Assembly (NCBI GenBank): GCA_045807725.1
Contig: JBJMGV010000132.1
Location: forward strand, 7,151-71,150
DNA from: Blastocatellia bacterium
Lineage (GTDB): Bacteria; Acidobacteriota; Blastocatellia; UBA7656
Direction of reading: 5' to 3'
DNA: 64,000 nt
Part shown: positions 30,558-40,310 of the stretch, piece by piece
Layout of the letters: each line of letters begins with the position of its first letter
How positions within the stretch are numbered: position 1 is the first letter of the stretch
Program-made: the position numbers and the translations under genes
Notes under the pieces: generated by a model
What the model saw: the letters and a program-made list of their open reading frames with translations, nothing else
What the model was told of the DNA's origin: nothing
Database searches by the model: none

Positions 30558-33203
30558 TTACCTGACCGAGGGTTTCAAGGAATCAGGCGTCCGCAACCGT
30601 TGCATCGCCTCGTTGCACTGCTTGACCTTGCCGGCTAATTCCGCCGCCCTGTTGCTGTCGGTCGGTCGTAAGGCATTGCGTTTTTGCAGGTCGGAGAATA
30701 CCTCAAGCGCCTTCTGGTAAAGGTCGCGGGCCTCGGCCCATTGCTGCGAGCGAACACCGCCAGCGGCCTTTGAATCCGCAGCCAGCGTCGCATGGGCGAG
30801 CGCGACAATACTTTGACACAGCCCGAAGTTGCGGAGGAAAACCATGTTGCTGGGGTCTAGCGAAACCAGGCTCTGAAATTCGGCGAGCGCTTTCTCTCCG
30901 ATCTCCTTGCCGCGCTCAGCTTGCCCGGACTTCGACAGCGCTTCGGAGAGGTCGGCCTGCACCCCGGCCAGATCAAAAAGTGCCTGCTTGTTCGTTGGGT
31001 CTTTTGCCGACAGGTCAACGCGAATCGCCAGCGCCTTGTTCAGCGCGTCAAGGGCGCTATTGTAGTCGCCCGTCGCCGTCAAGGCTTCGCCGTAGTAGAA
31101 CTGCGCCATCGCCAGCGTGCGCCAGGCGCGGGCGTTGGTCGGGTCGGCGGTCGTCATCGCCTCTAGCAGGGCGATGGACCGGCGATAGCTGTTCAGCCCT
31201 TCCGTTCGATCCAAGACCCAGCCTCCGCCGAGTTTCATCGAGCAGGTGGCGACGCTTAAGCGCATGCGGATGTTGGCAGGGTCTCGATTGAGCATGTCTT
31301 CGCGGATGGCGAGCGCTTTGCGATAGCAGTTCATCGTGCTGTTGAGATCGGTTGTCCGGGTCAGGCCATCGCCGAGACACTCGTATGCTCTGGCGTATTC
31401 GTCACGAACTCCCACATCATCGGGATTGGCGTCGGCCAACTGCTCAAAGGTCTCCAGCGACCGGCGATAGTTTTCGATGCAGCCGGCGAGGTCGCCTTTC
31501 TGTTCGAGGATGTCGGCAATCGCGCGATAACTGAGGCCGAAACCGAGTTGTAATTCCTTGCCGGGAGCAGAGTGACTGAGCGATTCACGAATCGCCAGCG
31601 CTTTATGGTAGCTCGACATCGCTCCTTCCGTATCGCCGAGGTTTTGTGTGTAAGGGTTCCCCTGGATGTCGCCGACCCGATCATAAGCTGTTGCCAGTTC
31701 CGTTTGCAGAGTCGGGTCATCGCCCGATTCGCGCGCGAGACTATCCAGATATTCGAGCGCCCGCGTGACGAGCAACTGCCGTGTGGGCGTTGAGCCGGCA
31801 AGGTTCTGCACCGAGTCGTGAATCTCGAAGAGGAAAGAGTTGGCCAGCCGGCGGACATCATTGAAGCGTTGCTCGGCTTTCATCCGCTGGACGTGCGCAA
31901 TGTGCGCCTCCCACAACGTCGCAATGACGCCGGCCATAAGGGTGAGCAACACAAGCAGAGCCGCCGCTGCCCCGGCTTTGTGGCGGTGGACGAACTTTGA
32001 GGTGCGATAGGCGAAGGTGTCTTTGCGGGCGATGACCGGCAAGCCTTCGAGGTGGCGGCGTGTGTCTTCGCTGAATTGTTCGACCGACGAATAACGCCGC
32101 ACAGGTTCCTTGCGCATGGCCATGAGGATAATGTTGTCGAGATCGCCGCTCAGCACACGCCGCAGCTTCGCCGGTTGACTGTTGCGCGCGATGCTCACGG
32201 TTTCCGGGCGGATGATGGCCGAAGTGCCATCGGCCATCTCGACCTCCTCGATGCGGCTGATCGCATCTGACGGTCGCTGGGGTTCAGTCTCACAGATGAT
32301 TCGTTCGACTTCGCTCGGCAGCGGCGTCCTGAACTGGTAAGGGTGATGGCCGGTCAGTAATTTGTACAACAGAACGCCGAGCGAATAAACGTCCGAGGCG
32401 GTCGTGATGGGAAAGCCACGTACTTGCTCCGGGCTGGCGTAATCTCTCGTCATCAGCCGCATCGCCGTCATGGTCGGCGCAATCGTCTGCGGCGACATCT
32501 CCGGGTTGAGGAATTTGGCGATGCCGAAATCGAGCAGCTTCGGCTCGCCGTCTGAAGTCACCAGTATGTTCGAGGGCTTGAGGTCGCGGTGAACGATCAG
32601 GTTCTGATGGGCGTGCTGCACCGCCGCGCAGATCTTGCGGAACAAGTGCAAACGCTCGACCGTTGACAGCCGCGCGCCATCGCAGTAATCCAGCAGCGAC
32701 AGCCCTTCGATGTACTCCATCACGAAGTAGGGCAGGCCGTCTTCGGTGGTGCCGCCATCTACAAGTCGTGCGATGTTAGGATGGTTCAGCGAGGCCAGTA
32801 TCTGGCGCTCGTTGCGAAAGCGGCGCAGGATGTCTTCGGTGTCCATGCCGCGCTTGATCAGCTTGATGGCGACGCGCTTCTTGAACGTGTCATCGGCGCG
32901 CGTAGCCAGGTAGACCGCGCCCATGCCGCCACGCCCGATCTCGCGGATGATTTTGTAAGGGCCGATATGCTGGCCCGCAAGCGACGGACTCCGGTTTCCT
33001 TGCAGCGCCTTTAACACCGCTTCGACCGCAGGCGATTCAATGAAGCTGGCCGCTTCGTTATGGTGCGCGATCAATTGCTCGACCTCTTGTTGCAGCTCCG
33101 CGTCACCCGCGCAGGCGTCGGCCAGAAACGTCATGCGCTCGCCCTGATCGTGGTCGAGCGCCGCTTGAAACAGCTCTTTTGCGCGATGATAGCGATTCAT
33201 CAA
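30558..33203 (-). CDS. Ser/Thr protein kinase with C-terminal TPR array, partner of the adjacent ECF sigma factor
   Basis: N-terminal ~70-aa sigma-interaction-like helix (MMNRYHRAKELFQAALDHDQ...), kinase motifs (GRGGMGAVYLA, HRDLKPSNIL, DFGIAK), TM segment, more than 400 aa of TPR repeats. Confidence 0.9.
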   Translation of the reverse strand: MMNRYHRAKELFQAALDHDQGERMTFLADACAGDAELQQEVEQLIAHHNEAASFIESPAVEAVLKALQGNRSPSLAGQHIGPYKIIREIGRGGMGAVYLATRADDTFKKRVAIKLIKRGMDTEDILRRFRNERQILASLNHPNIARLVDGGTTEDGLPYFVMEYIEGLSLLDYCDGARLSTVERLHLFRKICAAVQHAHQNLIVHRDLKPSNILVTSDGEPKLLDFGIAKFLNPEMSPQTIAPTMTAMRLMTRDYASPEQVRGFPITTASDVYSLGVLLYKLLTGHHPYQFRTPLPSEVERIICETEPQRPSDAISRIEEVEMADGTSAIIRPETVSIARNSQPAKLRRVLSGDLDNIILMAMRKEPVRRYSSVEQFSEDTRRHLEGLPVIARKDTFAYRTSKFVHRHKAGAAAALLVLLTLMAGVIATLWEAHIAHVQRMKAEQRFNDVRRLANSFLFEIHDSVQNLAGSTPTRQLLVTRALEYLDSLARESGDDPTLQTELATAYDRVGDIQGNPYTQNLGDTEGAMSSYHKALAIRESLSHSAPGKELQLGFGLSYRAIADILEQKGDLAGCIENYRRSLETFEQLADANPDDVGVRDEYARAYECLGDGLTRTTDLNSTMNCYRKALAIREDMLNRDPANIRMRLSVATCSMKLGGGWVLDRTEGLNSYRRSIALLEAMTTADPTNARAWRTLAMAQFYYGEALTATGDYNSALDALNKALAIRVDLSAKDPTNKQALFDLAGVQADLSEALSKSGQAERGKEIGEKALAEFQSLVSLDPSNMVFLRNFGLCQSIVALAHATLAADSKAAGGVRSQQWAEARDLYQKALEVFSDLQKRNALRPTDSNRAAELAGKVKQCNEAMQRLRTPDSLKPSVR

Positions 33204-33298
33204 TCATGCCTCTGTCAGCGGCCAAAGACGGAGTCATCGAATCAAACGATGACTGCCTGATGTTGGGATTGCCACCCTGACTGCTCTCGGTAGCTTCG

Positions 33299-33913
33299 TT
33301 AGCCCCGCTTGATCTCCCGATAGAGCCATGCCTTTGCCCAGTTCCAGTCGCGCTTGACGGTCGCCGGTGAGATGTCGAGGACTTCCGCCGTCTCCTCAAT
33401 CGTTAGACCACCGAAGAATCGCAACTCGACAATGCGGCCTTGCTGCGGATCCATTTCGGTCAGGCTGGCCAGCGCGTCGTCCAGCGCCAGGAGGTCAAGG
33501 TCACGTTCCACCGGCACGGCCATCGCGTCGTCAAAGGATAACTTCTGCGCCCCGCCGCCACGCTTGGCGTAAAGGTGTGCGCGGGCATGGTCTACGAGGA
33601 TGCGCCGCATCATCTGGGCGGCGACGCCAAAGAACTGCGCGCGGTTCTGCCAGTTCACCTGCCGCTGATCAATGATCCTCAAATAGACCTCGTTGATCAG
33701 CGCCGTCGGTTGCAACGTGTGGCCCTGACGCTCGCGGCGCAGATAGCGCGCGGCGAGCCTGTGCAGCTCGTTGTAGACCAGCGGCATCAACTCGTCAAGC
33801 GCATACTCGTTGCCCTTGCACCAGTCCACCAGCAAGAGCGTGACATCACTTGGTGAAGATGACATTGATGCCTCTGATGTGAACGAATCAGCTCTGAAAG
33901 AGCCACTGAGCAT
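33299..33913 (-). CDS. ECF-type sigma-70 family sigma factor of the STK-associated group
   Basis: Region 2 motif LLVDWCKGNEYALDELMPLVYNELHRLA; region 4 HTH LTIEETAEVLDISPATVKRDW; gene order sigma then kinase. Confidence 0.9.
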   Translation of the reverse strand: MLSGSFRADSFTSEASMSSSPSDVTLLLVDWCKGNEYALDELMPLVYNELHRLAARYLRRERQGHTLQPTALINEVYLRIIDQRQVNWQNRAQFFGVAAQMMRRILVDHARAHLYAKRGGGAQKLSFDDAMAVPVERDLDLLALDDALASLTEMDPQQGRIVELRFFGGLTIEETAEVLDISPATVKRDWNWAKAWLYREIKRG

Positions 33914-34358
33914 ATACAGGGTACGGAAAGCCTGTCAATCACAATCTCCCTGCGCCTTGAGGAGCAGCCTGCCGGCGCAACGCGAGAGCCTGTGACCGCG
34001 TGAGCCGATTCAGAGTTTCTTCTCGCGTTATTGAAAGAGCAACATTGAAAGAGCAACAAAGAGGCCGGCTCACGGCGGCCAGAAGGAGAGCGTGAAGATG
34101 TCTGCGCAACCAGATGAAGAAGGATTAACCAATGGAAATCAACGAGCTATTTATCGTAACCGAAACCACATCGAACTCTGGCCAGGAGACGATTGAAATC
34201 ATTACTGCCTCGATTGAACCATCGCCACGCGCGCTGCCGAAAAATTGTGAGCCGGTCTGAGCTTTTCGGGATTCTTTTCTCGCGTTAGTTGGCTGAGGAC
34301 AAATGATGTCCTCAGGTTCAACGATCAAGCTCTTAACTATCATCAGAAGGAGATCACT

Positions 34359-36146
34359 ATGGAACGCATCGTCCTGAGGCATCTCAATGGCACGAAAGCA
34401 AATCAGGTTGAAGAATTTCCTCTCAACCACTTTCAGGAACTCACGATTGGTCGCGATCCGTCCTCGACCGTCAAGTATGACCCCGACCGCGATGATCTGG
34501 TCGGTCGCGCGCACGCCCGCATCGCTCAGGACGCAGCCGACCCGGCGCAGTTCTCGATCACCGACCTCGGCAGTCGCAACGGCACCTTCGTCAACAAGCA
34601 GCGCATCGTCGGCGGCGCGCGCATCAATCCCGGCGATGTGATTCAACTGGGGCCGGGCGGGCCAGAGTTTCAATTCGACCTTGAGCCGCGCCCCGAAAAT
34701 GCCATGCGCCAGACGCGCATTGCCGGTGGCGATGATGCCAGTTCGCTGCCGCCAACCCGCGAAGGAACGTTCAGCGCCATGGCTCCGTTGTCGCAATCGG
34801 CCAATGTCGCCACAGCGGCGGCGGGCGGCACGCGCGTCGGCAAAGCGACGGTCGAGCGCATGATCTCGCAGACCAAAGGCGAGTCGAACAAGGTCATGTT
34901 GATGGCCATCGGCGGCATCCTGATCGTCGTCGCTGTCGTCGCTGCCGCGCTCATCTACAAGTCGCGCGTTGATGCGCAGCGCACAGAGCAGCAGATCGCC
35001 AAGAGCGGACAGATGAACAGCGAGGAGATGGCGAAGTTAGGGTCGGGTCTCAGCTCTGTCAAAGAGCGCACGGCTGGTATGACGCCCGCCGAGATCGCTT
35101 CGAGCTTCACCGACGCGACGGTTTATATACAGGTTTCGTGGCAGCTCATCGAGAATAGCAGCGGCAACCCGCTCTTCCATCGTTACCTGCCCAACCAGTA
35201 CAAAGACAAAACCGGCAAGGTGCAACCCCTGGTCAATAATGGCAAGCCCTTTGTGGCGGCTTATCGGGCGGTGCAGACCGGCGACGGACAGGCGTTGGAG
35301 CCGGCCCTGACCACGGACTCAAACGCGCTCGGCCTGCCCATTGGCAAATCAATCACCGGCAGCGGTTTCTGCGTCACCAGTGACGGCTTCATCCTGACCA
35401 ACCTGCATGTGGCCGCGCCCTGGAGGATATTCTACCACTTTGACGACATAGCCTTTCCCGGCGTGCTGGTTGACGAGCGCGGCAACCCCGTCGCCGGGCA
35501 GGATGGGCAGCCTGTGGCGATCAGCCCGTTCCGCTGGATACCGGCAGACACCAAGCAATTCGGCGGCTCGCAACTCGGTCGTCCGTCTACCGAAGGGCGC
35601 AACGATTCGCTCTATGTCACCTTCCCGAAGACCGAGCTGCGTATCCCTGCCAAGCTGGCGCGCACCTCTGACCGCCACGACGCCGCGATGCTCAAGATAG
35701 ACATCCCGCAGCCGTTGAAGTACGTCGAGCTGAATGACAACTACGACACGATCAAGCCCGGCGACCCGGCCTTCGTGCTCGGCTATCCGGGCGGCTCGCC
35801 GCCGCAGGTCGCCGTCATCCGCTACAAGGCGAAGGGCGACTGGTATCAGCAGCCGCAGGTCGGCATTGTGCCGAATGCGACCTTGAGCGTCGGCTACATC
35901 TCGCGCACGCTGCGCGATCAAGAGGGCACGGGCGGCAAAGATGCGGTCTACAGCACCTTCGGCGACATCTACCAGTTGACCATCAACACGACCGGCGGCG
36001 GCAACAGCGGCGGCCCGGTCTTCGACGATCAAGGCCGCGTCATTGGCCTCTATTCCTATGGCCTGGGCAGCGACTTCCAGGCGTCGGGCGCAGTGCCGAT
36101 TCGCTTTGCCAAAGAACTGATGGGCATTACCCCTGTTGTAAAGTAG
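34359..36146 (+). CDS. FHA domain / TM / trypsin-like (S1) serine protease fusion protein
   Basis: N-terminal FHA (TIGRDPSSTVKYD...GSRNGTFVN), a central TM helix (LMAIGGILIVVAVVAAALIY), C-terminal chymotrypsin-fold motifs (GSGFCVTSDGFILTNLHVA; catalytic Ser in GGNSGGPVFD). The RBS aggag precedes the ATG. Confidence 0.8.
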   Translation: MERIVLRHLNGTKANQVEEFPLNHFQELTIGRDPSSTVKYDPDRDDLVGRAHARIAQDAADPAQFSITDLGSRNGTFVNKQRIVGGARINPGDVIQLGPGGPEFQFDLEPRPENAMRQTRIAGGDDASSLPPTREGTFSAMAPLSQSANVATAAAGGTRVGKATVERMISQTKGESNKVMLMAIGGILIVVAVVAAALIYKSRVDAQRTEQQIAKSGQMNSEEMAKLGSGLSSVKERTAGMTPAEIASSFTDATVYIQVSWQLIENSSGNPLFHRYLPNQYKDKTGKVQPLVNNGKPFVAAYRAVQTGDGQALEPALTTDSNALGLPIGKSITGSGFCVTSDGFILTNLHVAAPWRIFYHFDDIAFPGVLVDERGNPVAGQDGQPVAISPFRWIPADTKQFGGSQLGRPSTEGRNDSLYVTFPKTELRIPAKLARTSDRHDAAMLKIDIPQPLKYVELNDNYDTIKPGDPAFVLGYPGGSPPQVAVIRYKAKGDWYQQPQVGIVPNATLSVGYISRTLRDQEGTGGKDAVYSTFGDIYQLTINTTGGGNSGGPVFDDQGRVIGLYSYGLGSDFQASGAVPIRFAKELMGITPVVK

Positions 36147-36225
36147 ATAACAAAACTAACCGGGCGGCGTCCGCGCGGACGCTGCCACCTTTGCGCCCGG
36201 CTTCCTTATCGGTAAGAGAACGCTC

Positions 36226-37494
36226 ATGAAAAGCGCGGCGATGCTGAATTCCTCAATAGGCGAATACCGGCTGGTCGATTTTCTCGGCGCGGGCGGCATG
36301 GGCGAAGTCTACCGCGCCGTCCACGCCCGCACGGGCCGCGTCGTCGCCATCAAAACGCTCAGCCGTGTAAGCCGCAACCCGAACATGATCGAGCGGTTTC
36401 GCAACGAAGCGAGCATTCAGGCGCAACTGTGGCACCCGAGCATTGCCCGGCTCTACGACTTTGTCGAAAACGGCGAGCATCTCTGCATCATCATGGAGTA
36501 CCTGGATGGCGAGACGCTCGACCACCGCATACGCGCGGTCGGCCCTTTTCCTTTCGTCGAGACGCTCCTGATCTTTCGCGCCATCGTCGAGGCCATCAGC
36601 TACCTGCACGACAACGGCGTCGTGCATCGTGACATCAAGTCCAACAACGTCAAGCTGACCTCGAAGGGTGAAGTGAAGCTGCTGGACTTTGGCATCGCCA
36701 AGACCGGCACTTCGCCGCAATTGACCGCGCTCGGCGATGTCATCGGCACGTTTGAATACCTGTCGCCAGAGCAACTCACAGGCAGTTCTGCTGATGCCCG
36801 CTCGGACATCTGGGCGCTCGGCGTGCTGCTCTACGAAATGGTTTCAGGCCGCGTGCCATTCGATGCCACGACCATCGGGCGGCTCGTTGAACAGATATGT
36901 AAAGGCGACTACAAATCGCCATCACAACTCAACCCCGGCGTGCCGCGCGAAATCGAAGCGATCATCACCCGCTGCCTGAAGCGAAACCCAGCGGCGCGAT
37001 ACAGGTCGGCGCATGAGCTTTTAGACGATGTGCAACGAGCGATGACCGCGCTCGACCCGCAGGCCATCGAACCTGCGCCCGGCATCATTTCCTCGCCGGC
37101 CCCCTGGCTGAAAACCAACTGGCAGATGGCGACCATCGCCGCGATGGCGCTGATTATAGTCATCCTTATCGTCGCCCTGATGACGAGCGGCCCGGCGACA
37201 AGCGGCACGGCGACGATGCCGCAACCATCATCGCCCGCGCCCGCGCCGACACTAGCCGCCGCTCCGGCGACCGTTAGCAGTGAGATGCGCGTCGTGCGCG
37301 TCAATACCTTTGAAGGTCGCGCCGATGTTTACCGCGACGGCCAGCTTATCGGCTCGACGCCTTACGAAATCAGCGCGCCCCTCGGCGAGCGCGTGCGGCT
37401 GACGTTGAAGCGCGCCGGTTATCAGGATGAGCCGCTCGATTTCACGATCACCGAAAACAAGAAAGAGTACACCATCACGATGAAGCGGCTGTGA
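36226..37494 (+). CDS. Ser/Thr protein kinase with C-terminal PEGA domain
   Basis: GAGGMGEVYRA, HRDIKSNNV, DFGIAK; TM; C-terminal PEGA-like beta domain (VRVNTFEGRADVYRDGQLIGSTPYE). Confidence 0.9.
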   Translation: MKSAAMLNSSIGEYRLVDFLGAGGMGEVYRAVHARTGRVVAIKTLSRVSRNPNMIERFRNEASIQAQLWHPSIARLYDFVENGEHLCIIMEYLDGETLDHRIRAVGPFPFVETLLIFRAIVEAISYLHDNGVVHRDIKSNNVKLTSKGEVKLLDFGIAKTGTSPQLTALGDVIGTFEYLSPEQLTGSSADARSDIWALGVLLYEMVSGRVPFDATTIGRLVEQICKGDYKSPSQLNPGVPREIEAIITRCLKRNPAARYRSAHELLDDVQRAMTALDPQAIEPAPGIISSPAPWLKTNWQMATIAAMALIIVILIVALMTSGPATSGTATMPQPSSPAPAPTLAAAPATVSSEMRVVRVNTFEGRADVYRDGQLIGSTPYEISAPLGERVRLTLKRAGYQDEPLDFTITENKKEYTITMKRL

Positions 37495-37525
37495 CTGCAC
37501 CAGCCAGCCGCCAGAGAAAGGGCAT

Positions 37526-38503
37526 GTGATCATGGTTACGCTATGGAAAAAACTGATGAGCCGGTGGTCGGGCACAGATGAATCTTCAACGGTCGCGGCG
37601 GAGCCGAGCCGGCCTGAGGTCATCGCGCAGACGGGCGAGCTGTCTCTGCCGAGCGCTGTGGTCCGCGACGGGCACGACTCCATCGCCCGCTACGAAGTCA
37701 TCGCGAGTCTGCTCACAGACATCGGCTGCCGCCGCAAAGTCAACGAAGACTCCGGGCGCTACGTCTATCCGCGCGATGAGCGGGTGCTGGCCGACAAGGG
37801 CTTGCTTGCCATTGTCGCTGATGGCATGGGCGGTCACTCTGCCGGCGACGTGGCGAGTCGCATCGCAACCGAAGTGATCAACCGCGTCTACTATGATGAC
37901 GACGCAGAGGCGGGTGAGGCGCTCAAACGCGCCTTCCGCGAGGCCAACCGGCAGATTTTCGAGGCCGCGCGAAACGACCGTGCGCTCGAAGGCATGGGTA
38001 CGACCTGCACGACGCTGGTGCTGCGCCAGGGCAAGGCCATCTGCGCGCACGTCGGCGACAGCCGCCTTTATCTGGTGCGCGACCGCAATATCTATGTGCT
38101 CACCGAAGACCATTCGGCGGTGATGGAGATGGTCAAGCGCGGCATGTTGACGCAAGGCGAAGCGCGCCACCACGCCGATAAGAATGTCATTCTGCGCGCG
38201 CTCGGCAGCCACGCCGACGTGCAGGTGACGGTCTGGAATGAAGCGCTACCGATCAGGGAAGGCGACCGTTTTCTGCTCTGCTCGGACGGTCTTTATGATC
38301 TCGTCGAGGATGAAGAGATCAAGCAAGCGGTGATCAGTCAAAGCCCGCACGCGGCCTGCGAGAGCTTGATCGAACTGGCCAAAGCGCGCGGCGGTTATGA
38401 CAACATCACGGTCGGCGTGCTCAGCGTGACGGCGGCGAGCAGCAGTGAAGCGCCGACGGCGCGCGCAACCCGCGAAGTGCAAGCGGCAAGCGGACTGGAG
38501 TAG
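37526..38503 (+). CDS. PP2C-family Ser/Thr protein phosphatase
   Basis: ADGMGGHSAGDVAS, GTTCTTL, LLCSDGL, GGYDNITV metal-binding/PP2C motifs. Confidence 0.9.
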   Translation: MIMVTLWKKLMSRWSGTDESSTVAAEPSRPEVIAQTGELSLPSAVVRDGHDSIARYEVIASLLTDIGCRRKVNEDSGRYVYPRDERVLADKGLLAIVADGMGGHSAGDVASRIATEVINRVYYDDDAEAGEALKRAFREANRQIFEAARNDRALEGMGTTCTTLVLRQGKAICAHVGDSRLYLVRDRNIYVLTEDHSAVMEMVKRGMLTQGEARHHADKNVILRALGSHADVQVTVWNEALPIREGDRFLLCSDGLYDLVEDEEIKQAVISQSPHAACESLIELAKARGGYDNITVGVLSVTAASSSEAPTARATREVQAASGLE

Positions 38504-38508
38504 CAGAA

Positions 38509-40158
38509 ATGATCGGGCGGCTGATCGGCAATTACAAAGTCCTCGAAAAGATCGGCGAAGGCGGCATGGGATCGGTCTGGCGCGGCGTTGACATCATGCT
38601 CGACCGCGAAGTCGCAATTAAAATGCTGCGGCCCGAACTGGCCAATGACCCGCAGATCGTCGAGCGATTCCGCGCCGAAGCCGTAACGCTGGCGCGGCTG
38701 AATCATCCGAACATCGCTATGCTCTACGCCTTCATTCGGCAAGCCAATGACTACTTCATGGTGATGGAATATGTGCGCGGTGAAACGTTGAGCCACGCCA
38801 TTTCGAGACTCGGGGCGATGCCCTGTGCGCAAGCCCTTGGGTTATTCTGCCAGGCATTGGAAGGCGTCCATCACGCGCATGAGATGGGCATCATTCACCG
38901 CGACCTCAAGCCGGCCAACGTCATGCTGACGCCCAACGGTTCGATCAAGGTGATGGACTTCGGCATCGCGCGGGCGCTGAGCGCCAGCCGTATGACGCGC
39001 ACGGGCCATCTGATCGGCACGCTTGAATACATGGCGCCGGAGTTGATTCAAGGGGCCGGCGGCGATGTGCGCTCGGACATCTACGCGCTGGGGTTATTGC
39101 TATACGAAATGCTGACGGGCCGCCTGCCGTTTGAAAGCGACAGCGATTACGAATTGATGCGCGCACAGGTCGAGGCCGCGCCGCCGCCGCCACGTCACTT
39201 CGCGCCGCACATTCCGCTCGACATCGAACAGGCATTGATGCGCGCGCTTGCGAAGCGGCCCGACGCGAGATTCCAAAGCGCCGCCGAGTTCCGCGCCGCG
39301 CTGCTCACATCCATTCCCGCGACTGGCCAGTTGCAGAGTCAGGCTCTCGCTAACGGCCCCCGGTTGAATGCCGCAAGCGCATCACTGGCAAGCGCGCCGT
39401 TGCCGGACAACCTGAAAGAGACACGGCTGGCAAACGATGGCGTGGCATCCTCGCTTGTTGCACCCGTCGCCCCACAGGCGACCGCAAGTCAAACGGGCCA
39501 GATGCCGACATCCGCCGAGCCTGTAATCAAAACCACACGATTGGGAGCCGAGGATGCGCCGCTACCCGCAGGCCAACAACACTGGCAAGCTCACCACGCC
39601 CAGGCCATTGGCTCGCCGCGCTCATCCGGCGGCGTCGTTCAAGTGGCGGGTGCAGCCGAGCCGGGGCGGAAATCGGGGAACGCCTTTGCGGAGATTTTAG
39701 GGAAGCTCGACTGGCGTCATTACGCGGGGTTTGGCGCACTATTGCTGGCGATTTTTAGCGTTCCCTTCTTGCTGGTGAGCAAGCCCGATCAGCGGCCTGC
39801 TTCGCAACCAGCCACGACGACGCGCCCGCAACCGACGACGGAATCGAATGCGACGACAGCGCCAACGTCGAAACCTGAGTCAGCGCCGCCATCAAAGCCG
39901 AGCAACGATCAACCCTTGCCACCGGTCTCTGGCAGCACGATATCTCCCGACACGTCGCCATCGCTGCCGCGACCCGGTCGCGTTCGTCGCTCAAGCTCTC
40001 AGCCCGATCATGGCGCGAAGCCGCCGGCGACCGACAGGGGAAACAACGACGGGAAGAAGGAAGAACAGGGCGGGCGGAAAGAAGAAAAGAAAGGCGGCAT
40101 CTTTCGCAAGCTGAAGAAGCTGAACCCGTTCAGTCACGGCGACAAAGACAAAGACTGA
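38509..40158 (+). CDS. Ser/Thr protein kinase with Pro/Ser/Thr-rich low-complexity C-terminus
   Basis: GEGGMGSVWRG, HRDLKPANVM, DFGIAR; TM segment; basic KKEEQGGRKEEKK tail. Confidence 0.9.
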   Translation: MIGRLIGNYKVLEKIGEGGMGSVWRGVDIMLDREVAIKMLRPELANDPQIVERFRAEAVTLARLNHPNIAMLYAFIRQANDYFMVMEYVRGETLSHAISRLGAMPCAQALGLFCQALEGVHHAHEMGIIHRDLKPANVMLTPNGSIKVMDFGIARALSASRMTRTGHLIGTLEYMAPELIQGAGGDVRSDIYALGLLLYEMLTGRLPFESDSDYELMRAQVEAAPPPPRHFAPHIPLDIEQALMRALAKRPDARFQSAAEFRAALLTSIPATGQLQSQALANGPRLNAASASLASAPLPDNLKETRLANDGVASSLVAPVAPQATASQTGQMPTSAEPVIKTTRLGAEDAPLPAGQQHWQAHHAQAIGSPRSSGGVVQVAGAAEPGRKSGNAFAEILGKLDWRHYAGFGALLLAIFSVPFLLVSKPDQRPASQPATTTRPQPTTESNATTAPTSKPESAPPSKPSNDQPLPPVSGSTISPDTSPSLPRPGRVRRSSSQPDHGAKPPATDRGNNDGKKEEQGGRKEEKKGGIFRKLKKLNPFSHGDKDKD

Positions 40159-40310
40159 TGCGGTGAGTCCGCTCACCATCTCGGCCTGCTGCGGTTCATC
40201 CGGTCATTCGTTCATCGCTGCTGATCGGATTGACCAATAACACAGCCTGCTTGCTGAAGCGTTTGGTGTGATCAAACGCTTCAGCCGAACAGGCATCAAG
40301 ACACAAGGCT

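Noticed and set aside
35349-36032. 227-aa minus ORF inside the FHA-protease gene
   Set aside because: Antisense to the trypsin-like domain; no motifs.
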